From a virus: 64,000 nucleotides of DNA. The notes beneath the pieces are model-generated. The model made no database searches. It saw only the letters and a program-made list of their open reading frames with translations, and had not been told where the DNA came from. Position 1 is the stretch's first letter. Every line of letters starts with the position of its first letter. The stretch is from positions 1 through 64,000 of IMG/VR virus record IMGVR_UViG_3300008267_000022; one strand, written 5' to 3'. This document shows, one piece after another, positions 19,116-28,423 of this stretch. A program made the position numbers and the translations under genes.

Positions 19116-19392
19116 AACCTTTACTTTTTTTAAATTAATACTTAAATATACAAACTTTATTTTTAAAACTTTTTTCCCTTTTAAAAATTACCCATTGACA
19201 TAAACATTTTATACAGCATATGCTCTTCATAAGCTAAACATTCATCATATGAACCTTGAAATAAAACAGAGTTATCTGATGAGTTTATTACTTGGTAAGT
19301 ATTGTTTATTAAATGAACTACTTCCATAACTTTATTTTTTTAAATTTATACCTTAAATATACAAACAATATTTTAATCAAAAAATCCCCTCT

Positions 19393-19743
19393 CTACTTCC
19401 AGAGAAATTGAATTAAAAGTATACCTAGAGCCAATGTTAAGCATGTTAGTGTTTTTAATGTAAGTACTTCTCCAAATACACTCCAACTAAATATAGTAAA
19501 TACTATTGTGCCGATGCTAAATCCAATTAGGCGAGATGGCCATATTTCTCCCTCAAATGCTGTTACCATGTGTTTTACAGAAAACATAAACATCATTGAA
19601 ATAGGAATACCCATCAATACTACCACCCAATAATGATTTTTAAACCAATCAAATTTAAGTGAGCCTTGTAATTGGAAGAATGTAGCTACTTGGGCTAAAA
19701 ACCCAAAAAACATTCCTAATATAAGTGATCCTATGTTATTCAT
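19393..19743 (-). CDS. small multi-pass membrane protein (SMR/EamA-like)
   Basis: Four hydrophobic helices; FGE.LT.K. Confidence 0.55.
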   Translation of the reverse strand: MNNIGSLILGMFFGFLAQVATFFQLQGSLKFDWFKNHYWVVVLMGIPISMMFMFSVKHMVTAFEGEIWPSRLIGFSIGTIVFTIFSWSVFGEVLTLKTLTCLTLALGILLIQFLWK

Positions 19744-20087
19744 TTATAAAATTTACTATCATCAATTTCTACCTCAAAATCATCATCAACTGATTCCCAT
19801 TCATCTTTAATTAATTCAATAACATCTTCATCTTCATCTCTATATTCAGGCAATAAACCTAATTTCTCTACCATCCACCAAGCTCTGTCTTTATATGTGT
19901 TGATTGAAATTCCATCCAAATATTTAATTCCTCTTTCTGTTAATATTGACAAATGAGCAATTAAATCACAAGTTAAATAGTCTAATTCTTCTAAGTCAGG
20001 GTTTTTTTCTTTTGCTTTTGCTTTAATAGTTTCCCACTTATCCCAAATGATGCTTTTTTCTATTCTAAATGATTTCTTTTTCTTCAT
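19740..20087 (-). CDS. hypothetical protein
   Basis: AAAGGTTATG leader. Confidence 0.65.
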   Translation of the reverse strand: MKKKKSFRIEKSIIWDKWETIKAKAKEKNPDLEELDYLTCDLIAHLSILTERGIKYLDGISINTYKDRAWWMVEKLGLLPEYRDEDEDVIELIKDEWESVDDDFEVEIDDSKFYK

Positions 20088-20092
20088 AACCT

Positions 20093-20341
20093 TTATTTTA
20101 CTATTCTATTCGTTAATAAATTAATTAGTGCCTGCACTTCACCAAATTCATAAAATCTTATATATGGATCTGTATTGAAGAATTCAACATACCAATTACC
20201 GTCTTTTATTTCTTCGTTTGTTGGTGTTATAAATGTCAGTCCATCTACAATATCTAAAACATAATAGTAAGACTCGTCTTCATCGTGTTCTCTAATTTCT
20301 TCACTTCTTAGTCCTAATAAGATAATTTCTCTTTCTGTCAT
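20093..20341 (-). CDS. hypothetical protein
   Basis: ORF track. Confidence 0.65.
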   Translation of the reverse strand: MTEREIILLGLRSEEIREHDEDESYYYVLDIVDGLTFITPTNEEIKDGNWYVEFFNTDPYIRFYEFGEVQALINLLTNRIVK

Positions 20342-20342
20342 T

Positions 20343-20579
20343 TTACTTGGTTTTTACAATGCTATATGTTCCCTTCTTAATTACATATGGAGGGTTAATT
20401 CTTACTTTACTACTATCACTATTAAAATAATATACAGTATCCCCATCAAAACTTATTGTATCGGTATACCAAATAGCTGGGTGTGGTCCTTCTTTGGTTT
20501 TTGTTGTTCCTTCAATTTTGTACAAATTTTCTTTGTTTGTACATGATGCTAATAATAGAATTAATGCTAATTTTTTCAT
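20343..20579 (-). CDS. putative lipoprotein
   Basis: MKKLALILLLASC lipobox. Confidence 0.65.
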   Translation of the reverse strand: MKKLALILLLASCTNKENLYKIEGTTKTKEGPHPAIWYTDTISFDGDTVYYFNSDSSKVRINPPYVIKKGTYSIVKTK

Positions 20580-20818
20580 GTGTTTTCTTCTTTTAAATAG
20601 TCTCTAATAATTGCTGCTAATTCATATAATTCTTCACCAACTGCATGATGCATCATATCTTCTATTAGTTTATTTATGTCCCCCTCAAACTCGTCATCTA
20701 ATAAACTTTGTAGTATGATTTTATCTTTTTGTGATAATTTACTACCTTTTATTACGGGATGCATATTCATATTACTAGCGATTATTAAATTCATTATCCT
20801 ACTTTCGTTTTCATCCAT
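20576..20818 (-). CDS. UvrB/UvrC-motif protein
   Basis: AV.EELYELAAIIRD. Confidence 0.6.
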   Translation of the reverse strand: MDENESRIMNLIIASNMNMHPVIKGSKLSQKDKIILQSLLDDEFEGDINKLIEDMMHHAVGEELYELAAIIRDYLKEENT

Positions 20819-20878
20819 AACCTTTATTTTTTATTTATACTATAATATACGAAAACCCTCTTACGAGGGTTTTCCTTT

Positions 20879-21652
20879 CTAAATTGCTATTGAGTATTGA
20901 TTAACTAGAGCTGATAGTTGCTTATTTAATCTAATATCTTCATTTAAGTTGCGAACATCAGCAGTTAGATTTTCTTGTATCCTGTTGAATACAGTCCATA
21001 AATCGTTTCCTTCATCTTCAATTCGATTAACTGAAAGTAGATCATTTATATCAATATCATCTAAATTATTGTATCGTAATTTGGCTGCTTCGTAAGCTAA
21101 TTTTCGCATATCTGTTAGGGATAAATTTGTATGTTTTAATTTTTCAAATTCATTTACTATTGTTGATGTTTTTCTAGATACATTTGAAATGTATTGATCT
21201 AAATCATAGTAATTAACTCTGATATGTTTAATTATTTCGCTTTCTGCTGCTTGTTCATACGCAATTGCTCCATTACTACATACTTGGCGATACACTCCTA
21301 AATCTAATTGTAACGGTTTGCTTCCATTACAACTATTTGTAATAGTTAATGATGCTAATGCTTCATTTCTTCCTTTACTATCCTTAATAGCAAAATCAGG
21401 ATGTTGCATTTGAACATAATTATTAACAATTTTACGACTATTACCCCGTTGTTCATTTACCCCAGCTATTTGCCATCCTTCATCTTGTAGTTTTGTAACT
21501 ACATCTATTGTTGGAATGTAGAATTCTTTTGTTTTAATTCTTTGAATGTTTTTAATGTTGTTTACATCCAATGTATTAGCAAAAGCAATTGCTTTGTTTA
21601 AATCATTGTTTACTGGGATGAATTTAGTTAATTTTGAATTTCTTGTTCTCAT
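20879..21652 (-). CDS. DUF932/DUF945-family protein (second paralogue)
   Basis: ITNSCNG...GVYRQVCSNG; DLWTVFNRIQE. Confidence 0.8.
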   Translation of the reverse strand: MRTRNSKLTKFIPVNNDLNKAIAFANTLDVNNIKNIQRIKTKEFYIPTIDVVTKLQDEGWQIAGVNEQRGNSRKIVNNYVQMQHPDFAIKDSKGRNEALASLTITNSCNGSKPLQLDLGVYRQVCSNGAIAYEQAAESEIIKHIRVNYYDLDQYISNVSRKTSTIVNEFEKLKHTNLSLTDMRKLAYEAAKLRYNNLDDIDINDLLSVNRIEDEGNDLWTVFNRIQENLTADVRNLNEDIRLNKQLSALVNQYSIAI

Positions 21653-21663
21653 GTTTTTTGTTT

Positions 21664-21783
21664 TTAATTATACGTTGGTTTAATATTTCCTTTCTTATCT
21701 ACAGTATATCCTGTAGGTTTTTTTAGATTATTCGCTTTGTTGTAGCGACCTTTTTTAGTTGATTTTCCTCCTGAACAGCTCAT
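21664..21783 (-). CDS. small basic peptide (39 aa)
   Basis: Promoter cassette; MSCSGGKSTKKGRYNK... Confidence 0.55.
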   Translation of the reverse strand: MSCSGGKSTKKGRYNKANNLKKPTGYTVDKKGNIKPTYN

Positions 21784-21836
21784 AATTTTATTTTTGATTT
21801 GAATATACGAAAGAGAGATTGCTCTCTCTATCCTTT

Positions 21837-22640
21837 TTATTCTTCTTGATTAAATGCATAATGAACCCCATCATTGTATATTGAGAAATATATTTTAAAA
21901 TCCTTATCGCAATCCCGATTTTTCTCAAAATGCAATGTTCGCTCTAAACCATCTTTACTACGCTCAACTTTACAGAATGCTTCCATCATATGTTTTAATC
22001 TTTGGGATCCTGCAAATTCATCGCTTTTAGTTACTTGTTGAATATTGATAAATGAAGTATAATATCCTTCTGAATTTTTACCTTTTTTAACTTCATCTTG
22101 TAGCTTTAAAAACCATGATTCAGCTTGCTTAGCGGTGCCCCCATTTTGATCCCTATACATGTTTAGTATCTCAGCAACGGAGTCAACTCCAATAACATCA
22201 TATCCTAAACCAAATACATGTTCAATTGTTTCCTTAACATTATCCATATGATCTTTTAAAAATAATGTTTGGATACAACCAAACGAAGGCATTCTTTTAC
22301 AATACTTGTAATGTCCTATTTGATCCATTTCTCCTTGAATTAACAAGCATTTTAATCCTTGCATTGTAAATTTAGATAACATATCTAATACTAATGTTGA
22401 CTTACCTGAACCTGGGCCTCCTGCAATCATCATGCTTGTACCTGGCATTAGTCCTCCTTCAGTAGATAATATAATATCTATTTCTGTGTTGGTTCTAAAT
22501 GGGGTAAATAATGACTCATTGAAATGTAATTCATTACCTCTAAATAATTTAATTACTTCAGGGTTGAATTGTGTTTCTTCAACTTGTTTTTTAGGACGTC
22601 CTCTACGTTCTTCTTTCATTTCTCTTTTTTCGATTTTCAT
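21837..22640 (-). CDS. RecA-superfamily (RadA/Sms-like) ATPase
   Basis: Walker A GGPGSGKST, Walker B IGVDS, FAGSQRLKH, KNR. Confidence 0.8.
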   Translation of the reverse strand: MKIEKREMKEERRGRPKKQVEETQFNPEVIKLFRGNELHFNESLFTPFRTNTEIDIILSTEGGLMPGTSMMIAGGPGSGKSTLVLDMLSKFTMQGLKCLLIQGEMDQIGHYKYCKRMPSFGCIQTLFLKDHMDNVKETIEHVFGLGYDVIGVDSVAEILNMYRDQNGGTAKQAESWFLKLQDEVKKGKNSEGYYTSFINIQQVTKSDEFAGSQRLKHMMEAFCKVERSKDGLERTLHFEKNRDCDKDFKIYFSIYNDGVHYAFNQEE

Positions 22641-22703
22641 AACCTTTATTTTTTTAATTTATACTTGAAATATACGAACTTAAATTTTAGAAACTTGTCC
22701 TTT

Positions 22704-22928
22704 TTAAAAGTATTTTTGGTACAAATAAATACCTCCAATAACATAAGGAGCTAATCCTAATAAAATGCCTAACCAGAATAAACCAGTAATTGCTTCTACT
22801 ATTCGATAAATAATAGTAAACGGAATGAACAAAATACCAAATATTAGATTGAAAAATATATTCCCAATCTCAATTTCTTCAGTACGGCTAACCGTTCTAT
22901 AAATGCGATTTTTGTTGTAATAATCCAT
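22704..22928 (-). CDS. membrane protein (start MDYYNK)
   Basis: Promoter/leader directly before 22928. Confidence 0.6.
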   Translation of the reverse strand: MDYYNKNRIYRTVSRTEEIEIGNIFFNLIFGILFIPFTIIYRIVEAITGLFWLGILLGLAPYVIGGIYLYQKYF

Positions 22929-22993
22929 AACCTTTATTTTTTTAAATTTATACCTTAAATATACAAAAAAACCCCTTATAAAAGGGGTCCTTT

Positions 22994-23569
22994 TCAAGCT
23001 TCAAAATTAATCCTACCTTCACTTAGGTATTTATTAATATATAACTCGGGATGAGCTAAAAATGATTCAATTTTACTTTGTACATCAATCGCTTTCTCAG
23101 TGAATTCTTGCTTTAATCGGGCTTTACCCATTTCAACTAATTCAGGTAATTCATAAGCACAATCCCCCCATCGAGCAATAAGTATTTTTTCCGTATTCCA
23201 CGTATAACCATTATCTCTATCTGATTGGGTTCTATATTTTTCCCCTACAATAATTGGGTCTGGGTTTTTATCGTCGTACCATACTTTAATGAAGTCAAAC
23301 ATTTCATTTTCCTTAATGAATTTAATAGCACGTAATACTTCTACAGGTATAGTACTTCTACTATAACTTTCTAAACTAGTACTAGCAGGGCATAATGCTT
23401 GTAATGCTCTAACTTGTACTGTATTTAATGTTTGGTAAACACTAGGCGTTTTACCACTTTTAACTTCAGGAATACCTAATTCCTCTGCTAATTGTTGGTA
23501 CTCTGCTAGCTCATCTTCGTTTAACAATAAACCTACATTTTCAGGTTCTCGATAAATTTTAACTTCCAT
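22994..23569 (-). CDS. hypothetical early protein
   Basis: Promoter cassette; DPIIVG...IARWG. Confidence 0.7.
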   Translation of the reverse strand: MEVKIYREPENVGLLLNEDELAEYQQLAEELGIPEVKSGKTPSVYQTLNTVQVRALQALCPASTSLESYSRSTIPVEVLRAIKFIKENEMFDFIKVWYDDKNPDPIIVGEKYRTQSDRDNGYTWNTEKILIARWGDCAYELPELVEMGKARLKQEFTEKAIDVQSKIESFLAHPELYINKYLSEGRINFEA

Positions 23570-23629
23570 AACTATTTATTTTTAAATTTGCTTAAATATA
23601 CAAACTTAGATTCTAAAAAAATGTCCCTT

Positions 23630-23890
23630 TTAAAATCTTGCTAAAGGATCTACTTTTGGAGCTCCTCCATCTGCTTCTCCTTTAGAATTAAGTGTCTTTT
23701 CTTCAGGAGTAACAGTAACTACAATTCCATTTATTTTAAATGAACCTCCTTGTTTAAGGAGTTTTTTAAATAATTTTTGGTGGTTTTCATTCCATGATTC
23801 ACTTGTTGATATTACAGTTTGTTTGTCTACTACGTTACTATCAAACTTAATAGTGATTCCTTTTCTAATTGATTGAGGTGATATAGCCAT
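23630..23890 (-). CDS. hypothetical protein
   Basis: ORF track. Confidence 0.65.
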   Translation of the reverse strand: MAISPQSIRKGITIKFDSNVVDKQTVISTSESWNENHQKLFKKLLKQGGSFKINGIVVTVTPEEKTLNSKGEADGGAPKVDPLARF

Positions 23891-23908
23891 TTTATATATT
23901 TTTGTTAA

Positions 23909-24448
23909 TTAATCCCACCAGCGTTCGATATTCTCTTCCATTATCTTAAATAATAATTTACGAGAACGTTCTTGGTTATTACGAGCAATTTCTATAGCAA
24001 TTTGGTGATTATCTTTATCTGTTTTATCAATCAATTTATGTTGATTACGATATTTGTAAAAATAATCAATTAAGTCATCTCGTGTAACAGTAGATTCCAT
24101 TGTAAACCATTTTTGGGTTTCATCAGTTGGGATAAATTCAAAATCTTGGTCTAAATAATCCGTGTATTCCATTCGATATAAATCTTCTTGTTGTATCCGA
24201 GCTAAACGAGCACATAGAAACATTTTTTCAGCATCACGCTTTGCTCTAGTATGCCAATCTCTTTCTCCAATATATTTGGCTTGTTTCTCCAATTTATGGA
24301 TTAACACCTCATAGATAAATGTTTGATCCCAATCTCTATCTCTCCAAATAACAGGAAACCAATTCCATAAATTTTTTATTCCATTGATGAAATCTTTATG
24401 GTAATATCTACCTTCATATTTCCACCACAATCTAATTTTTTCTAACAT
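23909..24448 (-). CDS. conserved phage protein (DRDWD...WWD)
   Basis: WFPVIWRDRDWD...ERWWD. Confidence 0.7.
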   Translation of the reverse strand: MLEKIRLWWKYEGRYYHKDFINGIKNLWNWFPVIWRDRDWDQTFIYEVLIHKLEKQAKYIGERDWHTRAKRDAEKMFLCARLARIQQEDLYRMEYTDYLDQDFEFIPTDETQKWFTMESTVTRDDLIDYFYKYRNQHKLIDKTDKDNHQIAIEIARNNQERSRKLLFKIMEENIERWWD

Positions 24449-24458
24449 AATTTAATTT

Positions 24459-24866
24459 TTATACTGTATGTTCAATTTGTACTCTAATACAATTTTGTGG
24501 TAATCTATTTAAATGTCTGTAATTGTTAATGTAACCCATCATATTTGCACTACCAACGGCATTTGCAGAGTGTACTACAACATCAACAACAGGTTTACCA
24601 TCTAACCATTTATTAACTAACCATTTAGTACAATCCATTCCTGTTTTTTCAGTAATATTATCGTAATTAATAGTATAATTCTTAACAACACCATAATGCC
24701 ATTCAGCCATTGCTGAGTCACCTAAATCATGGTCTAATGAGATAAGTTCAATATTCTCTAAGCCAATTGAATTTATCTTCTGCACAAATTCATCATAATT
24801 TCTTACTATGACCCAATCTTTATCAATTGGTGTTCGGACATCGTCTAAGTATATTTTATGTTTCAT
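24459..24866 (-). CDS. cyclic-phosphate-processing receiver (REC)-like protein
   Basis: IYLDDVRTP, ISLDHDLG, TGMDC, VHSAN. Confidence 0.8.
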   Translation of the reverse strand: MKHKIYLDDVRTPIDKDWVIVRNYDEFVQKINSIGLENIELISLDHDLGDSAMAEWHYGVVKNYTINYDNITEKTGMDCTKWLVNKWLDGKPVVDVVVHSANAVGSANMMGYINNYRHLNRLPQNCIRVQIEHTV

Positions 24867-24908
24867 AATTTTATTTAAAATATGTTATTTAAATGTTCAG
24901 GGCAAGTA

Positions 24909-25148
24909 TCAACTATGTGTTTCTTCCACCATGTTTTGAGTTTCTTCAATAATTTCTGCATCTTGTATTGTTTCTACGAATAAAAAATGTGAATCAGTTT
25001 TTAAAACATGATCCACATTGTTTAAATAATCCCTATATTCTTTTACTATATCCATCCTGAGGTGTCCTTGTTTATCAGTAAATGAGTTTATAGGTTTTGC
25101 TCTATGGATTATATACATTATATTATTATGTTTATAAAATTGCTTCAT
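24909..25148 (-). CDS. hypothetical protein
   Basis: ORF track. Confidence 0.6.
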   Translation of the reverse strand: MKQFYKHNNIMYIIHRAKPINSFTDKQGHLRMDIVKEYRDYLNNVDHVLKTDSHFLFVETIQDAEIIEETQNMVEETHS

Positions 25149-25381
25149 TTTATATTATATAATTTTTTAAATGATTTAACAAATGATTCTCCAATGCCTA
25201 TATCAACTATTTCAAAATTAGAAGGAATTATAGGTTTGCGTTTAGAACCATCTATAATATCATCCACCCCAAGTTCAGATATTAATAAGTAATGCTTTTG
25301 CCCAGTAGGTTTTTTATAAACTACAACAGTTGGGATTTTCTTTTCAGATGGTCTGCCTTTATTTTCGTGACTGATTCTCAT
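25145..25381 (-). CDS. hypothetical protein
   Basis: ATGA overlaps. Confidence 0.6.
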   Translation of the reverse strand: MRISHENKGRPSEKKIPTVVVYKKPTGQKHYLLISELGVDDIIDGSKRKPIIPSNFEIVDIGIGESFVKSFKKLYNIK

Positions 25382-25854
25382 TTTAAATATTTTTTTCTTA
25401 AAATTAAATCGTAGTAATTGGTTGTTTCTTTTTCACCGTCCTTATACCTAACCCAAGTATTTGGAAATTCTGTCTTGCATTGCTCAATACGCTCTGCTTT
25501 TGATTTTGTCTTATCAGTATAATACTCATAAAATACCCATGAATCCCAATAATGGTCTTGCTCAGGTGCCCTCCATATGATTGCTATTTGGTATCCAAAA
25601 AATACAAATGACCAAATAGGGGCATATTCAAAACGAATATCTTTATCCGACCATTTTGTTTTCCATCCCAATTCTACAAAATCAAATCCAATTTTTTTAG
25701 GCATAAATTCTGACCACCCTGGTTTGGTTTTTGATCTAACTGTTTTGCGTGGGTAAAAGTATGGCACACCAACAGCTATTTTCCCAATATAGAATTTTGG
25801 TGTAATCGACTTGAATGGGGAGAAATATGTTTTTAGATACCTAAAGTTTTTCAC
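25378..25854 (-). CDS. hypothetical protein
   Basis: ORF track. Confidence 0.6.
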   Translation of the reverse strand: MKNFRYLKTYFSPFKSITPKFYIGKIAVGVPYFYPRKTVRSKTKPGWSEFMPKKIGFDFVELGWKTKWSDKDIRFEYAPIWSFVFFGYQIAIIWRAPEQDHYWDSWVFYEYYTDKTKSKAERIEQCKTEFPNTWVRYKDGEKETTNYYDLILRKKYLK

Positions 25855-25857
25855 AGA

Positions 25858-26160
25858 TTATCTATTAATGTTTAATTTTTTAGTTTCAACAACTTCCCCA
25901 TCTTTTAAAAGATTGATAACGTATTTCCCCTTTTCTACATTATTAAAATGTATTTGTTTAACACTACTTGCTCGTGTTTTAGGAAGAAAAATCTCATCAT
26001 CCCTATAAACTATAAGTGAATCTGCATCTTTAGTCCATTTCAATGAGTATGCATCACACCCATCTTTTGATGATTTACATCCAAATAAAGCATAACCTAA
26101 AGCTACCCCAGCTAATATATGAATAGCTCTTTCCCAAACTCGTTTCCAATTTATTTTCAT
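25858..26160 (-). CDS. putative lipoprotein
   Basis: ALGYALFGC lipobox-like; GCDAY. Confidence 0.55.
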   Translation of the reverse strand: MKINWKRVWERAIHILAGVALGYALFGCKSSKDGCDAYSLKWTKDADSLIVYRDDEIFLPKTRASSVKQIHFNNVEKGKYVINLLKDGEVVETKKLNINR

Positions 26161-26507
26161 AACTTAAATAATTCGTAATTACTATTTTTTGTTTTAAATT
26201 TAACATACGAAAAATCATTTGATAATTCAAGTATTTCAATAATATCTGTTGTTTGCCAAGTGAAAAAATCATTAAATGGAGACATAAGTAATGAACGACC
26301 AACAGCAGGTTCATTATGTTTTGCTTTAAAACGACCATTTTCATCCCATTCAAGCCAAATTACCTCTTTAGATTGTTTAGTTAACCCATCTCGTTCACGA
26401 ACTAATTTCCACTTGAATCCATTTTCAACAACTCCTTGCTCAATAGCAATTTTTAGAATATTATCCTCAATAGCTATAGGAATCTCTGTTCTTGGTATTT
26501 TACTCAT
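26157..26507 (-). CDS. conserved phage hypothetical protein
   Basis: WQTT.I.EI...F.T.NS.Y.L. Confidence 0.65.
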   Translation of the reverse strand: MSKIPRTEIPIAIEDNILKIAIEQGVVENGFKWKLVRERDGLTKQSKEVIWLEWDENGRFKAKHNEPAVGRSLLMSPFNDFFTWQTTDIIEILELSNDFSYVKFKTKNSNYELFKL

Positions 26508-26805
26508 TATTTTCAGTATTATATGGTGATGGGTATATTTTTAATCCCCACATTAAACTAACCCACATCATTTCTTTTTTAGCTCGGTAAGCAGGTACAG
26601 ATAATTTTTTCTTGAAATAGTTTGCACCCCATTCCATCCATTCATCATGTTGAGTTTCTGTCATAGTGTATTCTTGAAACCAATTATCTTTACGATCTTT
26701 AATATCATCATAAGTAACTTGGTGACCTGCTATTTTAAACATTTCATTAAGTAAATCAACAACAGCTTGTTGCATCTTTTCTTCTCTTGATAATCTTTTT
26801 GCCAT
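26500..26805 (-). CDS. hypothetical protein
   Basis: ORF track. Confidence 0.65.
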   Translation of the reverse strand: MAKRLSREEKMQQAVVDLLNEMFKIAGHQVTYDDIKDRKDNWFQEYTMTETQHDEWMEWGANYFKKKLSVPAYRAKKEMMWVSLMWGLKIYPSPYNTENNE

Positions 26806-26892
26806 TTTTATTTTTATTTTTATTTATCATCATCAGAATACCAAAAAGCTATTCCTAATATAAAAAAACCTAACGCTAACCCAAAAGCAAAA

Positions 26893-27087
26893 TCACTCAT
26901 TCTCTTCATTTACTTTTAAATCTAATTCGGACTCGTAAAAATAAGGACAACACCATTTAGGGTTGTCACACTTGAGTTTTACCATTTTTCCACCATAACA
27001 TCCTACTTGAAGTACTGTTGCCATACCTGAAAATTTGGTTTTAATTCTTTCCCCTATTTTTAATTTATTAAATCTTTTCATAACCAT
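26893..27087 (-). CDS. small SH3-like hypothetical protein
   Basis: LKIGERIK...YESEL. Confidence 0.5.
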   Translation of the reverse strand: MVMKRFNKLKIGERIKTKFSGMATVLQVGCYGGKMVKLKCDNPKWCCPYFYESELDLKVNEENE

Positions 27088-27788
27088 TTTATTTCATTTG
27101 TATGTTTATCCCATTCAATATTTAGTGGTAAATTAGTATACACATATTGTTCATTTAAAACAGATGCGTTTATAAAATGAGTATGCCCATTAAAATAATA
27201 ACCAGCACTACCATGAATGTGTCCAAATACATGTATTTTGGGCTTAGATTGATCTACTCGAGCACGTAACATTTCACATCCAACTCGTATATTCTGTCCT
27301 CCGGGTATATCTAAATAACCATAAGGTGGCCCATGCGTAATTAATACATCTGTGTTATCAGGTATAGCATCCCATTTTGCTTTCATTTCCTCTCCATTTC
27401 GAGGTAAATTGAATGCCCAATTATAAAATTCAGGTTGCCAAGGGGAGCCATAAATGCGAATATTATCTTCAGGAAAATCTCCGTTATGTCCATCATAATA
27501 ATCAACCCAAGATTCATCTTGTAGATAATCTATTGTAGGGTAATTGGGTAATATATTTTCAACCCAATGTGGGATATTTTCAAATACACGGTCGTGGTTT
27601 CCAGCAATGAATATTTTGTCTGTGTAGTTGTCTATTTTATCAAACCATTCTAAAAAATCTATTGCTTCTTGAAAATCGTACCCTCCATTCATAAAGTCAC
27701 CAGCATGAATTAATATATCTCCGCCTGGTAAGTCTTTATTTAGTAGGTTATGTTTGCTATGGGTATCTGATATGAGTGTAATTTTCAT
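27078..27788 (-). CDS. metallophosphoesterase (MPPED/239FB-like)
   Basis: SDTH, HAGD, AGNHD, THGPP, FGHIH. Confidence 0.9.
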   Translation of the reverse strand: MKITLISDTHSKHNLLNKDLPGGDILIHAGDFMNGGYDFQEAIDFLEWFDKIDNYTDKIFIAGNHDRVFENIPHWVENILPNYPTIDYLQDESWVDYYDGHNGDFPEDNIRIYGSPWQPEFYNWAFNLPRNGEEMKAKWDAIPDNTDVLITHGPPYGYLDIPGGQNIRVGCEMLRARVDQSKPKIHVFGHIHGSAGYYFNGHTHFINASVLNEQYVYTNLPLNIEWDKHTNEIKWL

Positions 27789-27927
27789 TTTAAGCAAATA
27801 TTATGGCTATTGTTATTACGGTAACAAACCAAAGTGTTACAATAATAAAAGGAATATTTTTTTTAATCATGACCTTAATTTTCTTTAAATATAAAAAAGA
27901 AATTTCAACAGACCAAGTTTTTTTAAA

Positions 27928-28412
27928 AACGTAAGAGTTTTTGACGAGTTATTTAATATTATCCTTTTAAAATTTCCTTTTTCTCATTAACTTTCTTCAT
28001 ATCGAAGTAAGTGTCTATAAGTTTATCAATTCGAGAGTCTGTGTATCGTCTCCCTTCGCTTGATTCATGTCCAACTGCGCGGTGTAACTCATCAACAGCT
28101 TGATCAGTCTCCCTTCGTGTTGCGTCAATTTGATTCATTAAGGTTTTTTCAACCATTGTTGTGTCGCGACTTGTATTGTCAAATTGTTGCCAAATTTCGC
28201 GATTTGTATTCTCGAGTTCTCGTCTTAAATCACTTTCAATAGCAGCACAAAGCTGTTGAAGTAATTCTATTTTTCTTGTTAAAAAATTAATCTTAACTAA
28301 ACCTACAACAATAACAGTTAATATAATTACTGCTACAATCGTAAGCATACCTAAAATAAATGATGTTATTTCCATAATTTCTAATTTTTATATGTCAAAG
28401 AACTCTTACGTT
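27928..28412. repeat. ~19-bp inverted repeat pair (27928-27945 and 28394-28412) flanking one CDS
   Basis: aacgtaagagtttttgac vs gtcaaagaactcttacgtt. Confidence 0.75.
27959..28375 (-). CDS. N-terminally membrane-anchored coiled-coil protein
   Basis: TM helix then helical domain. Confidence 0.7.
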   Translation of the reverse strand: MEITSFILGMLTIVAVIILTVIVVGLVKINFLTRKIELLQQLCAAIESDLRRELENTNREIWQQFDNTSRDTTMVEKTLMNQIDATRRETDQAVDELHRAVGHESSEGRRYTDSRIDKLIDTYFDMKKVNEKKEILKG

Positions 28413-28423
28413 GTCCCCAAAAT

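Larger units (their letters stand above)
3859..23627 (-). promoter_or_regulatory. about 40 dispersed copies of a bipartite early-type promoter plus leader: GGA-N20/21-T(C/T)GTATATTT(A)...AATTAAAAAATAAAGGTTATG
   Basis: Seen upstream of starts near 3861, 4055, 4624, 4830, 5020, 5274, 5686, 5956, 6208, 6411, 6602, 6761, 7602, 7868, 8125, 8700, 8972, 9307, 9660, 9934, 10377, 10777, 11291, 11754, 12180, 12646, 13416, 13834, 14596, 15413, 16024, 17455, 18054, 19115, 19327, 20818, 21783, 22640, 22928, 23569. Confidence 0.9.

Noticed and set aside
3859-23627. Repeated motif as a CRISPR array or integron attC array
   Set aside because: Units are degenerate, non-palindromic, fixed relative to ATG and separated by whole genes; no cas operon or integrase in the window
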